Positions 1 through 14,013 of a stretch of DNA of 56,172 bases are shown one piece after another. Source of the stretch: Catajapyx aquilonaris (taxonomy: Eukaryota). Every line of letters begins with the position of its first letter. Position 1 is the stretch's first letter. Below the pieces are notes generated by a model. It saw only the letters and a program-made list of their open reading frames with translations, was not told the DNA's origin and searched no databases. The stretch spans positions 1-56,172 of the forward strand of contig JYFJ02002485.1 of the NCBI GenBank assembly GCA_000934665.2, read 5' to 3'. The position numbers and the translations under genes are program-made.

Positions 1-25
1 CCCCCCCCCCCTGGATCCGCGCCTG
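1..25. mobile_element. Terminal fragment of a MITE-like element (poly-C followed by CTGGATCCGCGCCTG)
   Basis: The end motif resembles the common arthropod non-autonomous elements ending ...CCCCCTGGATCCGCSMCTG. The other end lies outside the window. Confidence 0.35.
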
Positions 26-214
26 GCACAGGCACGTTGATCGGGTGTGTGTGCGTGAAGTGTTGCTTCAAGACCAGGATAAAGTGGCCAAAACAATTTG
101 AGCCCCATAGTATAGGTACATTTTGTGAACTCCCCATTGTCTGTAGGAGATATTTTATCATTATTCATTAATAATTAATATTGCGAATGCATTGCACTAC
201 ACTCATTTTTCACT

Positions 215-610
215 GGTAATAAGTATAAAAAAGACGCTTTTCCGTGCTTTTCACGTAAAACCGCCCTAAATGTGCGTTTACATTTGAGCGATTTGACGAG
301 CGAAATTTTCGTCGAGGCTGAAATCAACAATCGATTTTCGCCTTTGGTTACTTAGGGTTACACGGCCTCGGTGAAGACTTCGCTCCGTTTCGCTCGTCAA
401 ATCGCTCACATGTAAGAGCACCTTAATTTCCTCCTTTAAAAAATGAAAATTCATTTCCAATTATTATTTTACGTAGTTGAAATGAGGATTTCACATTGAA
501 AGCAGGACCTCATTTTCATTTAGAGAGGTGTAAGAGAATTTTTCCACGTTTTAAGTGGACATTAGGGCGGTTTTAAGTGGAAAAGGCGGTTTTTTTCTTC
601 ACTTAAACTG
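215..610. mobile_element. Degenerate inverted-repeat element (MITE-like)
   Basis: AAAACCGCCCTAAATGT (~257-273) pairs imperfectly with ACATTAGGGCGGTTTT (~559-574), and the flanking CGCTTTTC/GAAAAGGCG are also inverted. There is no coding potential. Confidence 0.45.
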
Positions 611-2781
611 AACGAGAAAGCAAAGATTGCTTGCATAAATGTTAGGACTTACACTTACGGTAATTTGTTAAAATAGCGAAACTCCGTAAATTATCTTTAA
701 GCATACATAGCGTGATAAAATTGTAGCATAAAATATTCATTTATCGATATTTTTAAAATCTCCTGACATACCAGGTTCCTTTTAGGCTATACTTTTGGTT
801 CTTTTAAATGCACCGACGATGACGTGTCTCAGAAAGACTTTCAGATATGACCTTGAAGTATTTTCCAGACATAAAGAAGACATCGTCTTTTTAACTATCT
901 GCACTCCAGTAGTTACATCTCATTCTGCATCACAATAATCGACATTTAACAAGGATAACATAAAAGTTGCGCCAACTTCATCACCAATTCCATCAGTCCA
1001 ATAAAATCTGCACAGCGAACCTGCTGGGGGTATTACCTCCAGGAGAACCACAATTTCATAATATGTGACAGTTTTATTTACGTGTTGAACATTAATCCAT
1101 ATTAAGGCCATTTACATAGCACAAAACAACGAATTGAAAACATGATCCGATCACAAAAGTCATGTGCCTTGAAAATGGCCCTATTCACTCTAACTGTAAC
1201 GTAACTGGTGTGCATATGAATGGGACTTGACGCACCGTGCTCTGTTTAGCACCGTGTTGTACTTGCATATCATTCTCTTGCACTTTTTTAATTACTTGAA
1301 GAGAAATCAAAAGAGTGAAATGAATTCATATTCTCGTTCCTAGCCAGAATGATCACGCTTTCTCGAAAAAACACACTAAACTGAACCAGCGGAAAAGATT
1401 TCTTCGAGCAACCTGATTGCACGACCCTTTTATTTCAAACACCCGGTGCTCAAAATGCAGATGGCATTCAAGGGATGGTACGGATCTGCATAGCATCCGG
1501 CCTCCATTCTGCTTGACAGACCCACAATAAATCATTTAGGTACTACCCCTCCAGTATACATCACGTCTCACGCTATTAAACAGGCTTCGCGATTCAAATC
1601 TGTGACGTTCACATTTTTTGGGGTCAGAGCTGACAGAAATGGTTCTGGACATAGATTGTACCATCTGTTTATAGATCATATTGTCAAATTTTTAGTCATA
1701 GCACGTGCTATGTCACATGCTAGAACAGGGAATAAAGCAATTTTTTTTGTACAGTATTTGAATTGGTATACAGGTTTTTAAAATTGTAAGTGTACACACA
1801 TTATCTGGACCCGATTACTGCATCGTGCTAGTAATGTTAACAATACTAGTTTGTCATTTTGCGTGTAGGGGGTGGGAGGGTGGGGAGGATCTTTTTGTCG
1901 CAGATCTGGCAGAACCTGTTAATTAATCTCGTTTCCAGGTCATATCGAGCAGGATCTGTAAGGGAGGAGTATAGGGGGGAATAGTCAGGATAGGGAGTGG
2001 GGAGAAGAGCAGAGTCCTTGTATGGTACCGCCTGTGGGGGAATGAAGACTAGGCGTGTGTGTAGGTTTCGCCGGAATCATTTCGCATTCGGGCCTCCAGT
2101 TTGCTGCTAGTATAAGAAACCACCCGGAGATGCATTGCTCTGGAGGGTGTCCTACAAACACCGGATGCAGTCTGTCTAATCTTGCCCTCTGATACAGTGT
2201 GTCAGTGTCATCATGTGTCCACCACACGTCGATTGTCCTAAAAAATGGGTCCCATCATTTTGGTTACCTCTTGGCAACCATTCACGTGAGTATACTGCAA
2301 CAAGTGCTACTCACCCAATTTGGTGGACCAGAACCACGATCCATCTCAAAGTCTAACCTTAGACATTCATTTTCCGCGTCTCCGGTGTGACCGGATTCCT
2401 TTTAGACTGGTTCGTCCTGAATCCATGCACCTGCCCTCACCTTGGACAACCTGAATGTGAACATCCCTTCTCTCCTTCCCTCCCTCAATCCGATTTTACC
2501 CACCGACTTGCCCCACTATTCCGTTCTATCCCAGAGTCTATTTCCACCAGCGGTTTCTCCTCACCGAAATAATCGTCGGCCTACTTGTGTCATGTGACGC
2601 CACCAATGCTCATTACATGAGTGATCTCATGATTATCACGTCATGCGCAAATGCCGAGCGGAAGTGTGGTTAGAAAATTATGGGAGTGGTGAAGCTGCGG
2701 AACTGTGAAATCGTGGTTAATTATTACAAACCGCTTTTCCTATGTTATAGCTGACGGCTGGTGGGCTGCTGGGGCCCAGCG

Positions 2782-5368
2782 ATGAGGCTCCTCTGCCTCT
2801 TGCCACTGGTGCTGGGTCTCGCAAGCTCGGCCTCTGCTCCTAACAGCACTCACCAACTAGACTACGATATTGTCCTGCCTGCATTTGACACTCACGACGC
2901 AGCAGTCATCAATAGAACCCGAATTCACAAGAGGTCCATCGCAGCCAGAGGTGGTAAGCACAGATTAATGTTAAGATTCATGGAGGGAAGACTAGCCAGA
3001 GTGGTCCAACGACAGTTCATTGGCCACTCTCCAGAATCCTGACCTAATCCAACAATGCATTTAAGTTGGGGAGGTGTGGTAGCTGTGATGGTCGTCTCGG
3101 CTTGCTGATCGAAAGGTCCCGGGTTCGATCCTCGCCTGGAAGGTCCCTTTCACCTGCGTTGGGAGGGTCTCTCACCCGCACCTTGGAGGTGTCTGGCAAC
3201 CTGATCTCCTGGGGGACTGCACATGGCCCAATTTGAGACATTTCACCTGCACCCGTGTCCCCTCCCCGAAAATCCCTATCATTACCTTACCTAATGTCCT
3301 TGACTCCTTGCACCGGAGATTGGAGGAAAAAGTATATACGGTATATACTAGAAAAATTATGGTGGTGTGCCACCCCCCTAATGGAGCGTCGCGTCGTTTC
3401 TCCCAATGCAATGGGGTTTTTAAAAATGCATTCAAGTTCACCTTGTGATGTTCCATTGCTAGTGCGCTATCCATATGTGTAAAGACACGATAGGGTGTAC
3501 AAATTTACATATTCTAAATGCGTCGACAAGTCGGGGTGAGTTTACATGACGCAGCAAGGTCAGTCATGACACAAAGATTCATAGGACACATTTCAGGGTG
3601 TCTGGCGCCTGGCAATCAAGTGTGTTATGACATTTTTCATTTTTCTGACATGCAGCATGCAGCCGTGTCATGTAGTAACACAACCATGCAAATACATTGC
3701 TATGCAAATTTTTGTGCACGGTATCGTGTCCGTAGTATCCCAACTTTACACATACTTTTGTGCAGGGTAACACAAGAAATTCTTGTGTCAATTATATATA
3801 TTAAATACGTAGTCATAATTTTAAGAAATATGACTCTTGATTATACCTCCAGATCGCCAGAGCAGACTATTCTTTGGTGACCCCAAAAGATGCTATACTG
3901 GGAAGTGCGAATTCTTCCTATTCTGCTGGCTCAGCGGAGGTCTAATCGAAGGCGGATGCGGAGGATTTCTTTTCGCTTGTTGCCAGTACTCCGAGCAAAC
4001 CTACGATGTCTCCAACGCCTACTCTGCAAACATCGATCATAACCCAGTACCCGTGGACTACGGACCCGTCCGGAACGATCCTCGTAAGTTGATAAACTTT
4101 GATAAGCAGGCTACCATACTTATGCTCTCATGTATTTCAGGTTGCGGCTTGTCCAACTCGCATCTGGCAGGAGCACAAGAACGAATAGTGGGTGGCCACG
4201 AAGCTGGATTCGGCACATTTCCTTGGCAGGTACAAAGCTTTACAAGGTGACAGTTCGAAAAATTATCGTGAGCTCCAAGACAATCAGTACCACCTAGTTC
4301 CTGTAGCTCAATGGTAGAGCAACTGTATGGTTTCATACACGGTTCCGGGTTCGATTCCCGGCGGGAACGAGAGGACCGATTTGTTCTTGATACTCTGAAG
4401 AAGCTAGTAATGGTTGTCAGTACTACGCGTCCCTTGCTTCGGATATTTTCTCCCACCTTTTTCCATAGGTGTACATACGAGTGGGTACAAGTCGCTGCGG
4501 AGGATCACTAGTCAACAAGCTCCATGTCGTCACTGCCGGTCATTGCGTCGCACGGTAACACACACTGTTCCCATATGTTTGATCCCATCTAAATACACCG
4601 ATTCCACAGAGCGGCTCCATACCAAGTGGTGGTGACGCTGGGCGACTACGTCCTCAACTCTGCAGTAGAGCCCTTGGCACCAATCACCGTGGGAGTGTCT
4701 CACATTAAAGTTCACCCCTACTTCAAGTTCACACCTCAAGCTGATCGGTACGACGTGGCTGTGCTCAAACTGGACCGTCCCGTCCCGTACCAACCGCATA
4801 TAGCGCCCATATGCCTTCCGTACAAGGGCCAGGATTTCCTTGGCCAGTATGGCTGGGCAGCTGGCTGGGGAGCTCTCGAAGCTGGTGAGAAATGAAAGCA
4901 GAGTATCCTGCCTGTACGCAACCCATATGACACCACTGTACGGAGGGTTGCTTGCATGTTGGGATGAACAGACTTACTCTCGCGCAAACTCTTGCAGGAT
5001 CTCGCCTTCGGCCCAAGACGTTGCAAGCGGTGGATGTGCCCATCATCGACAACCGGTTGTGCGAGCAGTGGCACAAGTCCAACGGCATTAACGTCATCAT
5101 CTACGAGGAAATGATGTGTGCCGGATACAGACTAGGAGGGAAGGACTCTTGTCAGGTGCGTGGTCTGCATTTGCTCCAAAGATCAGTTAGTTAAAAGGTA
5201 TTTCTCCAGGGCGACTCTGGAGGACCGCTGATGCTAGAATACCATGGACGCTGGTACCTCATCGGCATCGTGTCGGCAGGTTACTCGTGCGCACAGAGAG
5301 GACAGCCGGGAATTTACCATCGGGTTGCCTACACTGCAGACTGGATATCGTACTCGGCCAATTCGTGA
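2782..5368 (+). CDS. CG8170: Secreted Stubble-family trypsin-like serine protease with 6-Cys clip-like domain (CG8170-like), 389 aa
   Basis: Exons 2782-2953, 3853-4083, 4141-4229, 4469-4554, 4610-4884, 4998-5155, 5210-5368 are all GT-AG and phase-consistent (1170 nt). Signal peptide [16 protein letters not shown]; knot [31 protein letters not shown]; activation site R/IVGG; catalytic motifs [31 protein letters not shown] and [15 protein letters not shown] match the recalled CG8170 sequence. An upstream acceptor at 2749-2750 implies a 5' non-coding exon. Confidence 0.93.
3068..3424 (+). mobile_element. tRNA-derived SINE (head A + core X + tail T) in intron 1 of protease 1
   Basis: B-box GGTTCGATCC at ~3122; core GCAACCTGATCTCCTGGGGGACTGCAC; tail ATGGTGGTGTGCCACCCCCC...GGGG plus A-run. 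TSD AATGCATT(T/C)AAGTT at 3054-3067 and 3425-3438. Homologous to the copy at 45327-45686. Confidence 0.85.
4297..4369 (+). ncRNA. Intronic tRNA-like element with non-canonical anticodon arm
   Basis: Acceptor stem GTTCCTG/CGGGAAC, D-arm GCTC-AATGGTA-GAGC, T-arm CCGGG-TTCGATT-CCCGG. The central arm forms TGTATG/CATACA with a 4-nt loop, so there is no 7-nt anticodon loop. Confidence 0.65.
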
Positions 5369-5564
5369 GAGGACATTGGACTGCGGGAGCAGTCGTAGAC
5401 CATACCAGCAAAAAACCACTGTCGCCCACAGTGGAGTGGACAGTGGAGTTTTGTGACGAGCTACGGGTAATCGGTGATTTTGTGGCGGGTACAAACTCAC
5501 CGTCCAGTCTGAGTCAAGTGACAAAACCAGAGAAGAATGAAATGCTTCCTCAAGCTTCTATGTG

Positions 5565-5570
5565 AATAAA
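5565..5570 (+). terminator. Putative polyadenylation signal of protease 1
   Basis: AATAAA about 200 nt after the stop codon. Confidence 0.5.
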
Positions 5571-8500
5571 CAGTGGGACAAGGCGAGACGACAATCAAAC
5601 ACAATTTAGTGCATGTGGTGGAACAAAGAAACGAGGAGAAATGGCGGTGCAAAACATTACATGGATTGTTTTTTGTTTACCATGCATGCAAATGTCTCGA
5701 TTGAAACAGTCATAGTTTGAAGGTGAAATGAAATTGCGTCAGCAACGTGAGCTAGTGACAATGACTAGAGAGGAGTTGGAATTGTACCTCAGGTGCCAAA
5801 TTGAGGGTAATTCTAACCAGGATAAAGAATTTATCACTCTTAACACCTTCTGCTTGTCTTATCCTGCTGCTGCCCCCAAAACAACACAAACCTGGTTGCC
5901 ATTTTGCAATGTTTTTCTCAGCCACTCCAAACTCCCTTTACAGAAATGTTGGTTTCCTATAATGTCTACATTTTCTACAATTATTCTGGAATCAAGGCAG
6001 GATCCAAAAGTATTCTGGAACCTGGCTGGAAAGTGCTGCTCAATGTTATTTAAGTCACTCAAAGTGACAAGTTAACTTCTGGTACGTTTTCCAGCCATGT
6101 TTCAGGGGAGGTCTGATATAATTCTGATTCCACAGTGAGAAAGAGTAATATTAAAGAAAGGTCCTGTGCACAGGGTGAGGCAACTTTTGATTCTGATTAT
6201 TCTCTAAGTTATTTGTAATGATAATTGGCATGTCTTCAGTTAAATAACATATGAGGCTCTATTTTATTGAAATTAAGCAGTTTTGATATTTTTTTTTACA
6301 AAAGTCACTATTGCATGATTATACAGGTATCATCCTTGATACCTACAATGTTGCCTCATTCTGCATCAGGTTTTGATTATCACTGAAAGTCGTGCAAAAT
6401 ATAACTGGTCAGAAAGTCAATAGGTCTGTAATGGTTCACTTTGTCATCTCTTGGATGTGTGTACAAAATAGTCACTGTTTTGTGCATTTAATGTACAAAA
6501 TGTCTCATTCATAGAAAAAACTGCTTTGAAAATACAATTAGGCTATTCTCTCTTACATCCCATGGTTGTGAAAATGCATAATCTGCATGTCAAAGAGAAT
6601 TATTCTTTTTGTGTAATAGCATATTAGTATACTGGACTATTTTACTGAAAACTGGAATCTTCGCCGTCAGTGTAACTTGTTCACACCCTCGGAATTTGGA
6701 TTATAAAAATAAATGCAAGTTATAGATGTATGACGGTGTTTTGTTCGCACTTGGTTGAAAACTGCGAACATTTAATAATATTCACTCCAAATATTTGTGA
6801 TAGAGGCCTACTTTTTACTCAGGATAAGATAAATATGTGCAAGGAAAAAACCATACGAAATGATTATACAAAACACAATTTTTTACTGTTTACACTGGTG
6901 TTGTCATTACACAAGGGATACTAACCAGTCGAAAATGATTTTAATTAAACTTCAGAAAGACATCACAAAATGTTCTTACCACAATACTGAATATGTCCTG
7001 TCTCTTACTTGTTAGACATAAAAGGCAGCCATTCTCATTACATAGTATTAAATATTTAAATCTCCCGATGAATGAAGATGATCTGGGATTCAAAGTAAAT
7101 AATTAGTTCTCACGTTCTCATGGCAATACTGTCACTGCATTTTAAGACTAAGAAATTATTATAAGTTACTTTTCATGTTAAAGTTTGGCTGATTATTCCG
7201 GTCTCATGATATATCAAATAGTGATAATAATTTATCGATATATTGCTTATTATATTACTATTATATTGCTTAAATGGAATAATTTGAGAAACTAAGAGAG
7301 AATGATGACAATTGATGGAAAAGGTATTCACATTTTCTTAGTAGGCCTACTTTATCTAGAGCCACATAATTTGGGAGTACTGCGTCAGCAATTAACCAGA
7401 AAGCTTTAAAAAGACTTAAATAGTTAATATACCACAGGAGTGCATGAAGAGAAATCCATTCTGTTGGTCATGTGATGCAGTGTAAGTTGCGACACACTAA
7501 CCTAATGAAAATGAAGATCTGAAATGCAGGACAACCAGAGTGACATTTTGGCTGAAATTGAGTGAGATATTGTTTCATATACCATAAGTTGTGGACTTGT
7601 GGTATGTAATCTTTTACAGAGAAAGTTCTGATAGTCATGGCGGTCTTCTGAAAGAGCAGTTATAGTAGAGTATATAGAAGTGTTTGAAATGCTGTATGTA
7701 GATCTCATTAGTCGTAACACATGGATAGCTTAGTATCTAATTTTTCACTGATATTGACTTATAACTACCCATGGAGTACTTGTTGGCCTGTAAATTACTT
7801 TTACATAATTATTACAGTTTGATACTGTGGGAGAGTCGGAGGTTGCAAAGGTAGAGGTGATAAGGGATTGAAGGCGTGATGAGGACATGTGTCGTAATAT
7901 ACAGGCAGTCAACATTAGAGGTAGTCCGAGAGAAGTCCAGGAAAGTTCACGGTAATTAGTTCCAAAGGCAGTGTAAAATAATAGCCGTTATTTGTGCTCT
8001 GCTCCCTGAGAGTTGTCCTTGTTTCGATTGCCATTCAGGCTACTCCTGGACTACCCTAGAAGCTAGAACCACCTCCGGACTACGAACCTCTGGGATTACC
8101 GTCCACCAGACTACCACGCTCGTGCTGTCATCAAACTTCAATCTGTCATAATTATGTTGAAATCATTCTAGTGTCTCTTGGATCGTTCTGCATTTCAGTT
8201 CTTCTAAATAACATTAATAAGTCCAAGTCCCATAAATATACTGTTTATTTTCATATGACTACCACTAATGATCGATATCAACTGTGCCTTCCTGTTTTTC
8301 TTTCTTCTCACAATGTGTGTTCTGGTCGACAGACACCCAAACTGTCAATATTATCATTCTGCTAATAATTTTAAAGGGCGCGTGTAATGTGTGCCATAAA
8401 AAGTACAACACATGTGAATATCAATTAACTTAATTATTGGTATAAAATTGTGATAAAAATCGCTTTCTTATTTCTTTTGAAAAATATCGTAATTATTTTA

Positions 8501-9900
8501 TTTATTTGATTTCTGGTTTGTAATATTAACGCAAATACTTTTTCATTTCGAAACAAAGTTAAGGACGTGTTTATGCTCAACAGTTACGCAGGACACGATG
8601 GATAGTATATATCAAATGCACCCGTGTAAGTCGTACGTTATAAGCCACAGGCAATGGTTGACAACAACGCCGCATGGCAAGAGTATAAATCAGTGTCCTA
8701 AATGTTGCTAGAGGTGTTTGTCAAGGTGAAAATGGTCGAGTCCAAAGCACACATCTATAAATGGAACGAGTGCCTATAGCTAGTGGTTGTGACGTGGGGC
8801 ATGGCCTCAGATCTGGTTCAGTAGGTTTGCGAAGAGGAGAGAGCTGGTACAACTCACTCAGAGCTCATCCTCCCGACCTACAAACATCTAACCAATATTA
8901 TTTTAGCCGTATTGTTTTTAGATTTGAATACTATTTTCAGCAAACTCCTCTTCCAGTCTCACGCATATTTTTTTTCAAATTCAAATAATGGGTTTCATTA
9001 TTCCAACTTATATAAAACTAATATAATATAGCCCATATAGTTTTAAAATATTAAATTGACGGGTATCACGTATAGGTGCAGTTACCTGCGAAACCTACTC
9101 AGGCTGTGTGCTGGTTGCAGAGAGAGCAACAATAATGTATAAAAGTATGCAGGGTTTTTAGTGAGTGTATTTAGGGTTTCATTTTCTTAATATGTGAATA
9201 TTACTAGGCACAAAACGGAATTTTAAATTACGCCTTCACTCTTGATACTACAACAGGGCCTATAATTCTCGCATCGGCAGAGTAGGCCTACACTGTAAAT
9301 TGTTAAACAGATTAGTCTGGTTTATTGGATGATGATTGCCACTGATTAGTAATGTTGTCACATTAGAAAGTCTTACTGCCTAAATGTTTAATGTAAGACC
9401 ATTTCGCACTATTAGCCACGATAACGCAAAATTTGCAAGGGATCAAAACGTTATGCGGACAAGACCCTTACATAAGACGTGGACCCTCATTCCACTTTTT
9501 TGCTTTCATAAAACCTGGCTCACTTATTCAAATTACACTGCCCAGTGCAACTAGTTCTCAGCCAATTACACACAGCGAATTAGTTAACTTTCGAGCTGCC
9601 GAATCATCTCACGAACATGCGTTTTTTTACGCCTACAAAAAAAAACTCGTAAGCGCCCTAATGTCCAGAGTGTGACATTGCAAATTTCTCCTGACCAAGA
9701 AAATCGCAGTGCAAAAACAGGATTGTTGACCATCCAGCGACGAACGGTCTTCCTTTGGCCGGCAACACTGCGCCGAGCACTTTCCTCCACTGTAAAGTGG
9801 GTGAAGGGAAAGAGGTTTTGCGGTCCATAAAGCTCCCTGTTCCTACTTTCCACAAACTGCCATTCTTACTCTAAGGGGCCTCCCTCAGGTCTTCCAGCAG

Positions 9901-9954
9901 TCAGTCAAGGTCTAGCCAACGGACAGCTGTGTCCTCTGCTTTTGGCACAAGAAG
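9901..9954 (+). promoter_or_regulatory. Putative initiator and 5' non-coding exon of protease 2
   Basis: Arthropod Inr TCAGTC at 9901 and a strong donor AAG|GTAAGC at 9954/9955. The first coding exon of protease 2 is preceded by a strong acceptor (18211-18212). Confidence 0.45.
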
Positions 9955-12084
9955 GTAAGCTTTAGTAATAATGCACACATGTTGCTAAACTGTAGCAGCT
10001 TCTATGGGTGGCCACCCAGAGCGCTGTTGGTGGTGACATTTCGAGCCATATTCCTTTCCTTCTTGGCTCACATTTCTAGTGGTACAACCACCAAAAGTTT
10101 CGCTAGATGGAGGGAAAACTCAAATCACGTTTCCCCCATCAGCAGGGACCAAGAAACAAGAAGGGACTTTCCAAAAGGTCAGGGATCGCCCACAAAAGAA
10201 GACACCTGCCTGCCCTGGACAGGTGAAAGTGGCACCACGAGGTTTTGGGGGGAAAAAGAAAGACATGACACACGGGGAGAGATTGACCTCGTGGCAAGGG
10301 GGCATCCTAACATTAGCAGCATAGCTACAAGAAAAGGAAGAAACTGGAAACGACTCGAGGCGGAGCAGATGACAGTGGCCATGTCTTACTCTCGAGCAAG
10401 GAAGAAAGAAGAGCTCTGGAGGTGATCCAAAGCTCAGGTGAGATGCTATTTTGTACGTTTTGTTTCAGTGTGGTTAAGAGTTGTCGTATGATTTGAATGG
10501 TGTGGAGCTCAAGTCCATCCTGAATGTTCACCGACCTGAACCAGGCTGAGAACTGTGAGAAAAGGCGTCAGCGTGAACATGGGTTACCCCCACCCATTTC
10601 AATCTGGCACAAACAGGGTGAGCGAACTCAACTGGCAAACAAAAAAAAATTAGCTAAAATAAAAGGAACACGGTCATTGAAGCATGGCGTGATAATGCGT
10701 TACGTTTGCGCTAGGGCTTAGGCAAAATGGTTCACACTTGACCGATAACGCGAAATACGGATGTGTAGCAAACATTAAGATGAACTATATGAAAAAATTA
10801 CGTGTTGCACATATTGTTACATACCGAGGGTTTCTGTCTTTTCTCTAGGAATTTACAAGCAAATACTGTAGTGTATTATTTGTAGCTTGGTTTACATAAT
10901 TATACTCTATTAGAGTTAAAATTGAGGCACTGATAACTATTGATGTGTGACCTCGTCAGATGTGAAGAAATGACCCAATTTATTGTGAAGTATTTTTGCC
11001 ATTTTTCCAACGAATTATACCTCACTTGGAGGTTATTTTCTTAAAGACATACTACAATTTAGCACTGCAGTACAATATATAAATGAAAGAATTTCAATGC
11101 ATATTAAGCTCAAAAGATAGTACCGGGTAACTTATGTGATTCTATTTATTCTAAAAGAATCATTTTAGGTGATATGCTTTATTCTGATTTGTTCATTACC
11201 TACGGTACCCAATTATTATAGCAGTAGGTGATATGTGTAGGTATTAATTTTATATTTAGAAATATTGAGTATTAATTTCACTGTTCATTCTAGAATTTTA
11301 TTACATATCTGACTAAATGATAAGGGTAGCTATAATTCAATATACTGTAAGCCTATTTTTTCTGCCAGGACGACATTGAGACCCCAATCATAATGCTCCC
11401 TGACACTTGACTTATGAGTAGATAACCTTCGGTTATCGATTATATGGGATAATTCGTCCTCTCCATGTAATCTCCAGTAATGACTACTCAAGGTCATGCA
11501 AATAAGCTTTCTAAAAATACCTCAACATCACTTTTATTACAAGGGAAGTCCTAACAAAGTTTGAAGTTCGATTTAAATGAAAATATAAGCATTGCATTAC
11601 TGTATAACAGGCTTCAAAATGTGGCAGTAAGCCATAGACCTCTATATTGACACCTCTTTACGGTAATTAACTTGCCCGTAATAAAATTCATAACAACATT
11701 TTCACTATAAGGGGTAGTTAGCGATGAAGGAGACTCAAGTTAAGCCCCAATAATGAAATAAAATAACACACATTCATTGCAATAAAATCAGCTATAAAAC
11801 AGCAATTAATGATGATGATAATCAGATGCAGGGGTTGACACGTGAGAGAGAGTCATAATGTGTGTGTCTGTTGGCAATTCTGCATAAGAATTTGGAAGAT
11901 AAATAATAATGTCAATGTTTCACAGGTTTGTATGTTTGTGTAGTGAACTAAATGGGCGATAATTTTACTTTTGACCCAAAAAGGCATAGAAATAGTGTGC
12001 GTTTATAACTTTCACAAAATAATGTAAACATATTAGTGTACCGATAGTTACTTTCATGATGACAGAGTGATTGATAAAGACAAT

Positions 12085-12256
12085 GGGTCGGTTTTTCGTC
12101 TCACTGCTTGCGAGCAGTACCAAGAGCTAATAACTGGCAGTACCAATTCAATAACTAACAACCATGGTAACCCATGGAAAAGCTTATTATGGGAGAATCG
12201 TCACTAGTAGAATCAAGTTGCTAGCAGAGAATTAGCAGGAGGACAAAAACCCACCC
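12085..12256. mobile_element. Short MITE-like element (PIF/Harbinger-like ends)
   Basis: Imperfect terminal inverted repeats GGGTCGGTTTTTCGTC and GACAAAAACCCACCC. Confidence 0.45.
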
Positions 12257-13679
12257 TCTGTCTTTTACCCATTAACAGTACAAACATTATACTAATACAT
12301 ATTTGATCACTTAGTGTTGCCAACCTTGGAAGTTATTTACGAGTATACAGTATAATAAATTTGCCACAATCTATACCTTCACTCCTTGCAGTTTAAGTCA
12401 TACGGTACAGCAATAAATGTCAGTTAAAACTTGGTAGAAGAAAAGGGTATATCAGTAGGGAGTAGGCTATATCAAAATATTTTATGTGAGAAGTATGTAG
12501 AAGATTAATTTATGATCAAATAAACTAATAACATTTAATAGCTAATATTAATTCAGAGGGTAATATATTTCTAAATCAACATGAATATGATATTTACGAG
12601 TACATAATGAGTAAACCAAGGTTGTAATGCCTAATTAAGTAGCCTATAATTTAGAAGACAAAACATTTATTACTCGGTATGTGTGTTGTCTTATACAAAA
12701 TAATGTTGATGATTATGGTACCGGTTGTTATGTCAAGATTATGAATCTGCTCGCACTTTATCTGCTCAATCATGAGAAATTTTTTGCTCAATATTATAGG
12801 CTACATAACAACAACGACACTGCCCTGGAATAGAAATTAATGCAATAGTGACTATCCAAAATTTTTGTAAGCTGTGCCATAAGAAAACAAAATAATTCGG
12901 TAAATATTGTCAATACGTAGGCCTAATAGTTTCACCATGCTCATTAATACTGTACCTATATATAATTATTTTCCCTGCTTTTCAAGAAGGAATTTTAAAT
13001 AGAACACTGCCTAGCTCATTGCACAGCAGATGACAGTTACTGTTCAGTCTTGAATTGAGTGGTACAAAATCAAACTCTAATATGGGAGAAAACAGTAATT
13101 AACTAGTAACATTAGAAGCTAATGGATATTAGCTTGAAAGGATTCAGGCGTTTCAGTAAAAAGTGCAGTGTTTTTTTTTACAGAATACCGTAGGCTACTG
13201 TACAAATGTGACATACGTATTTTTTAAAATAGATTAAGAATGCAGTAGTCACGCTTCCTTCAACGAGCAATTAGTTTAATCACAACATAGTTAACTTTCA
13301 AATACAGGGGGGTACTACTCTGCCCAAGTTGCCTATACAAGACGGATAAAAATAGCCGGAATGATATAGATTGGTGAACAAAGTCGGCGTATCGTTCGAT
13401 TGCAGTGAACATTTCTTGAATATGGTTGGCGCGTTCTTAATATTTTTAAGAATAAATTGTATTATTCATTGCCTGGACGATGCACAGCATGGGAAGTGTG
13501 CTATTTTCATCTTAAACCATTTAATCAAATCCGGAACATTTGAACATAATAATTATGATGACCGCTTAGTTTGTTTACATTGCTGTAGGGAGTAATTAAT
13601 CCATCAACATTTCACCGTTCCCACACTTCGAACCGTCTAGCGTTCTTGCTTAAAGTATAATATTCCCAGTAGGAATATA

Positions 13680-14013
13680 GGAGGCGGAGTGGCGCTGCGG
13701 TAACGTATCGCCCACGGATGTTAAGGTCCCGGGTTCGAACCCAGCCCGGGGTTCCCCCCTTCATCTCATGCAGAGTTGGGTCATCTCTGGCTTCGTCTCG
13801 GGTGGAATTTCCTTAGACTAATCCACCCGGGGGAGTTCACAAAATGACATTGGCAACGACATTGCACTGCACTTTGCACATCCCCTCCTGTCATCCTGCC
13901 CGTGGGCCCGGGTTCCAAATGTGTACATACGTGCAATGTACAATTGAGAAATAATAAAGGTCCGTGCGAAGATACCGATAAGGTGAAATGCACTACCCCT
14001 ACGATTATTATAT
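13680..14013 (+). mobile_element. tRNA-derived SINE (head B + core Y + tail U)
   Basis: A-box TGGCGCTGCGG and B-box GGTTCGAACCC. The body is homologous to the minus-strand copy at 24294-24631. Imperfect TSD ATATTCCCAG(T/C)AGGA(A)TAT at 13660-13678 and 14014-14031. Confidence 0.8.

Noticed and set aside
4297..4369. Calling this (or 20175-20252) a functional tRNA gene
   Set aside because: No 5-bp stem/7-nt anticodon loop can be drawn at the canonical position, and no oligo-T terminator follows.
9979..10425. 148-aa ORF after the putative non-coding exon
   Set aside because: It has no recognisable domain or splice compatibility and lies in the presumed first intron.
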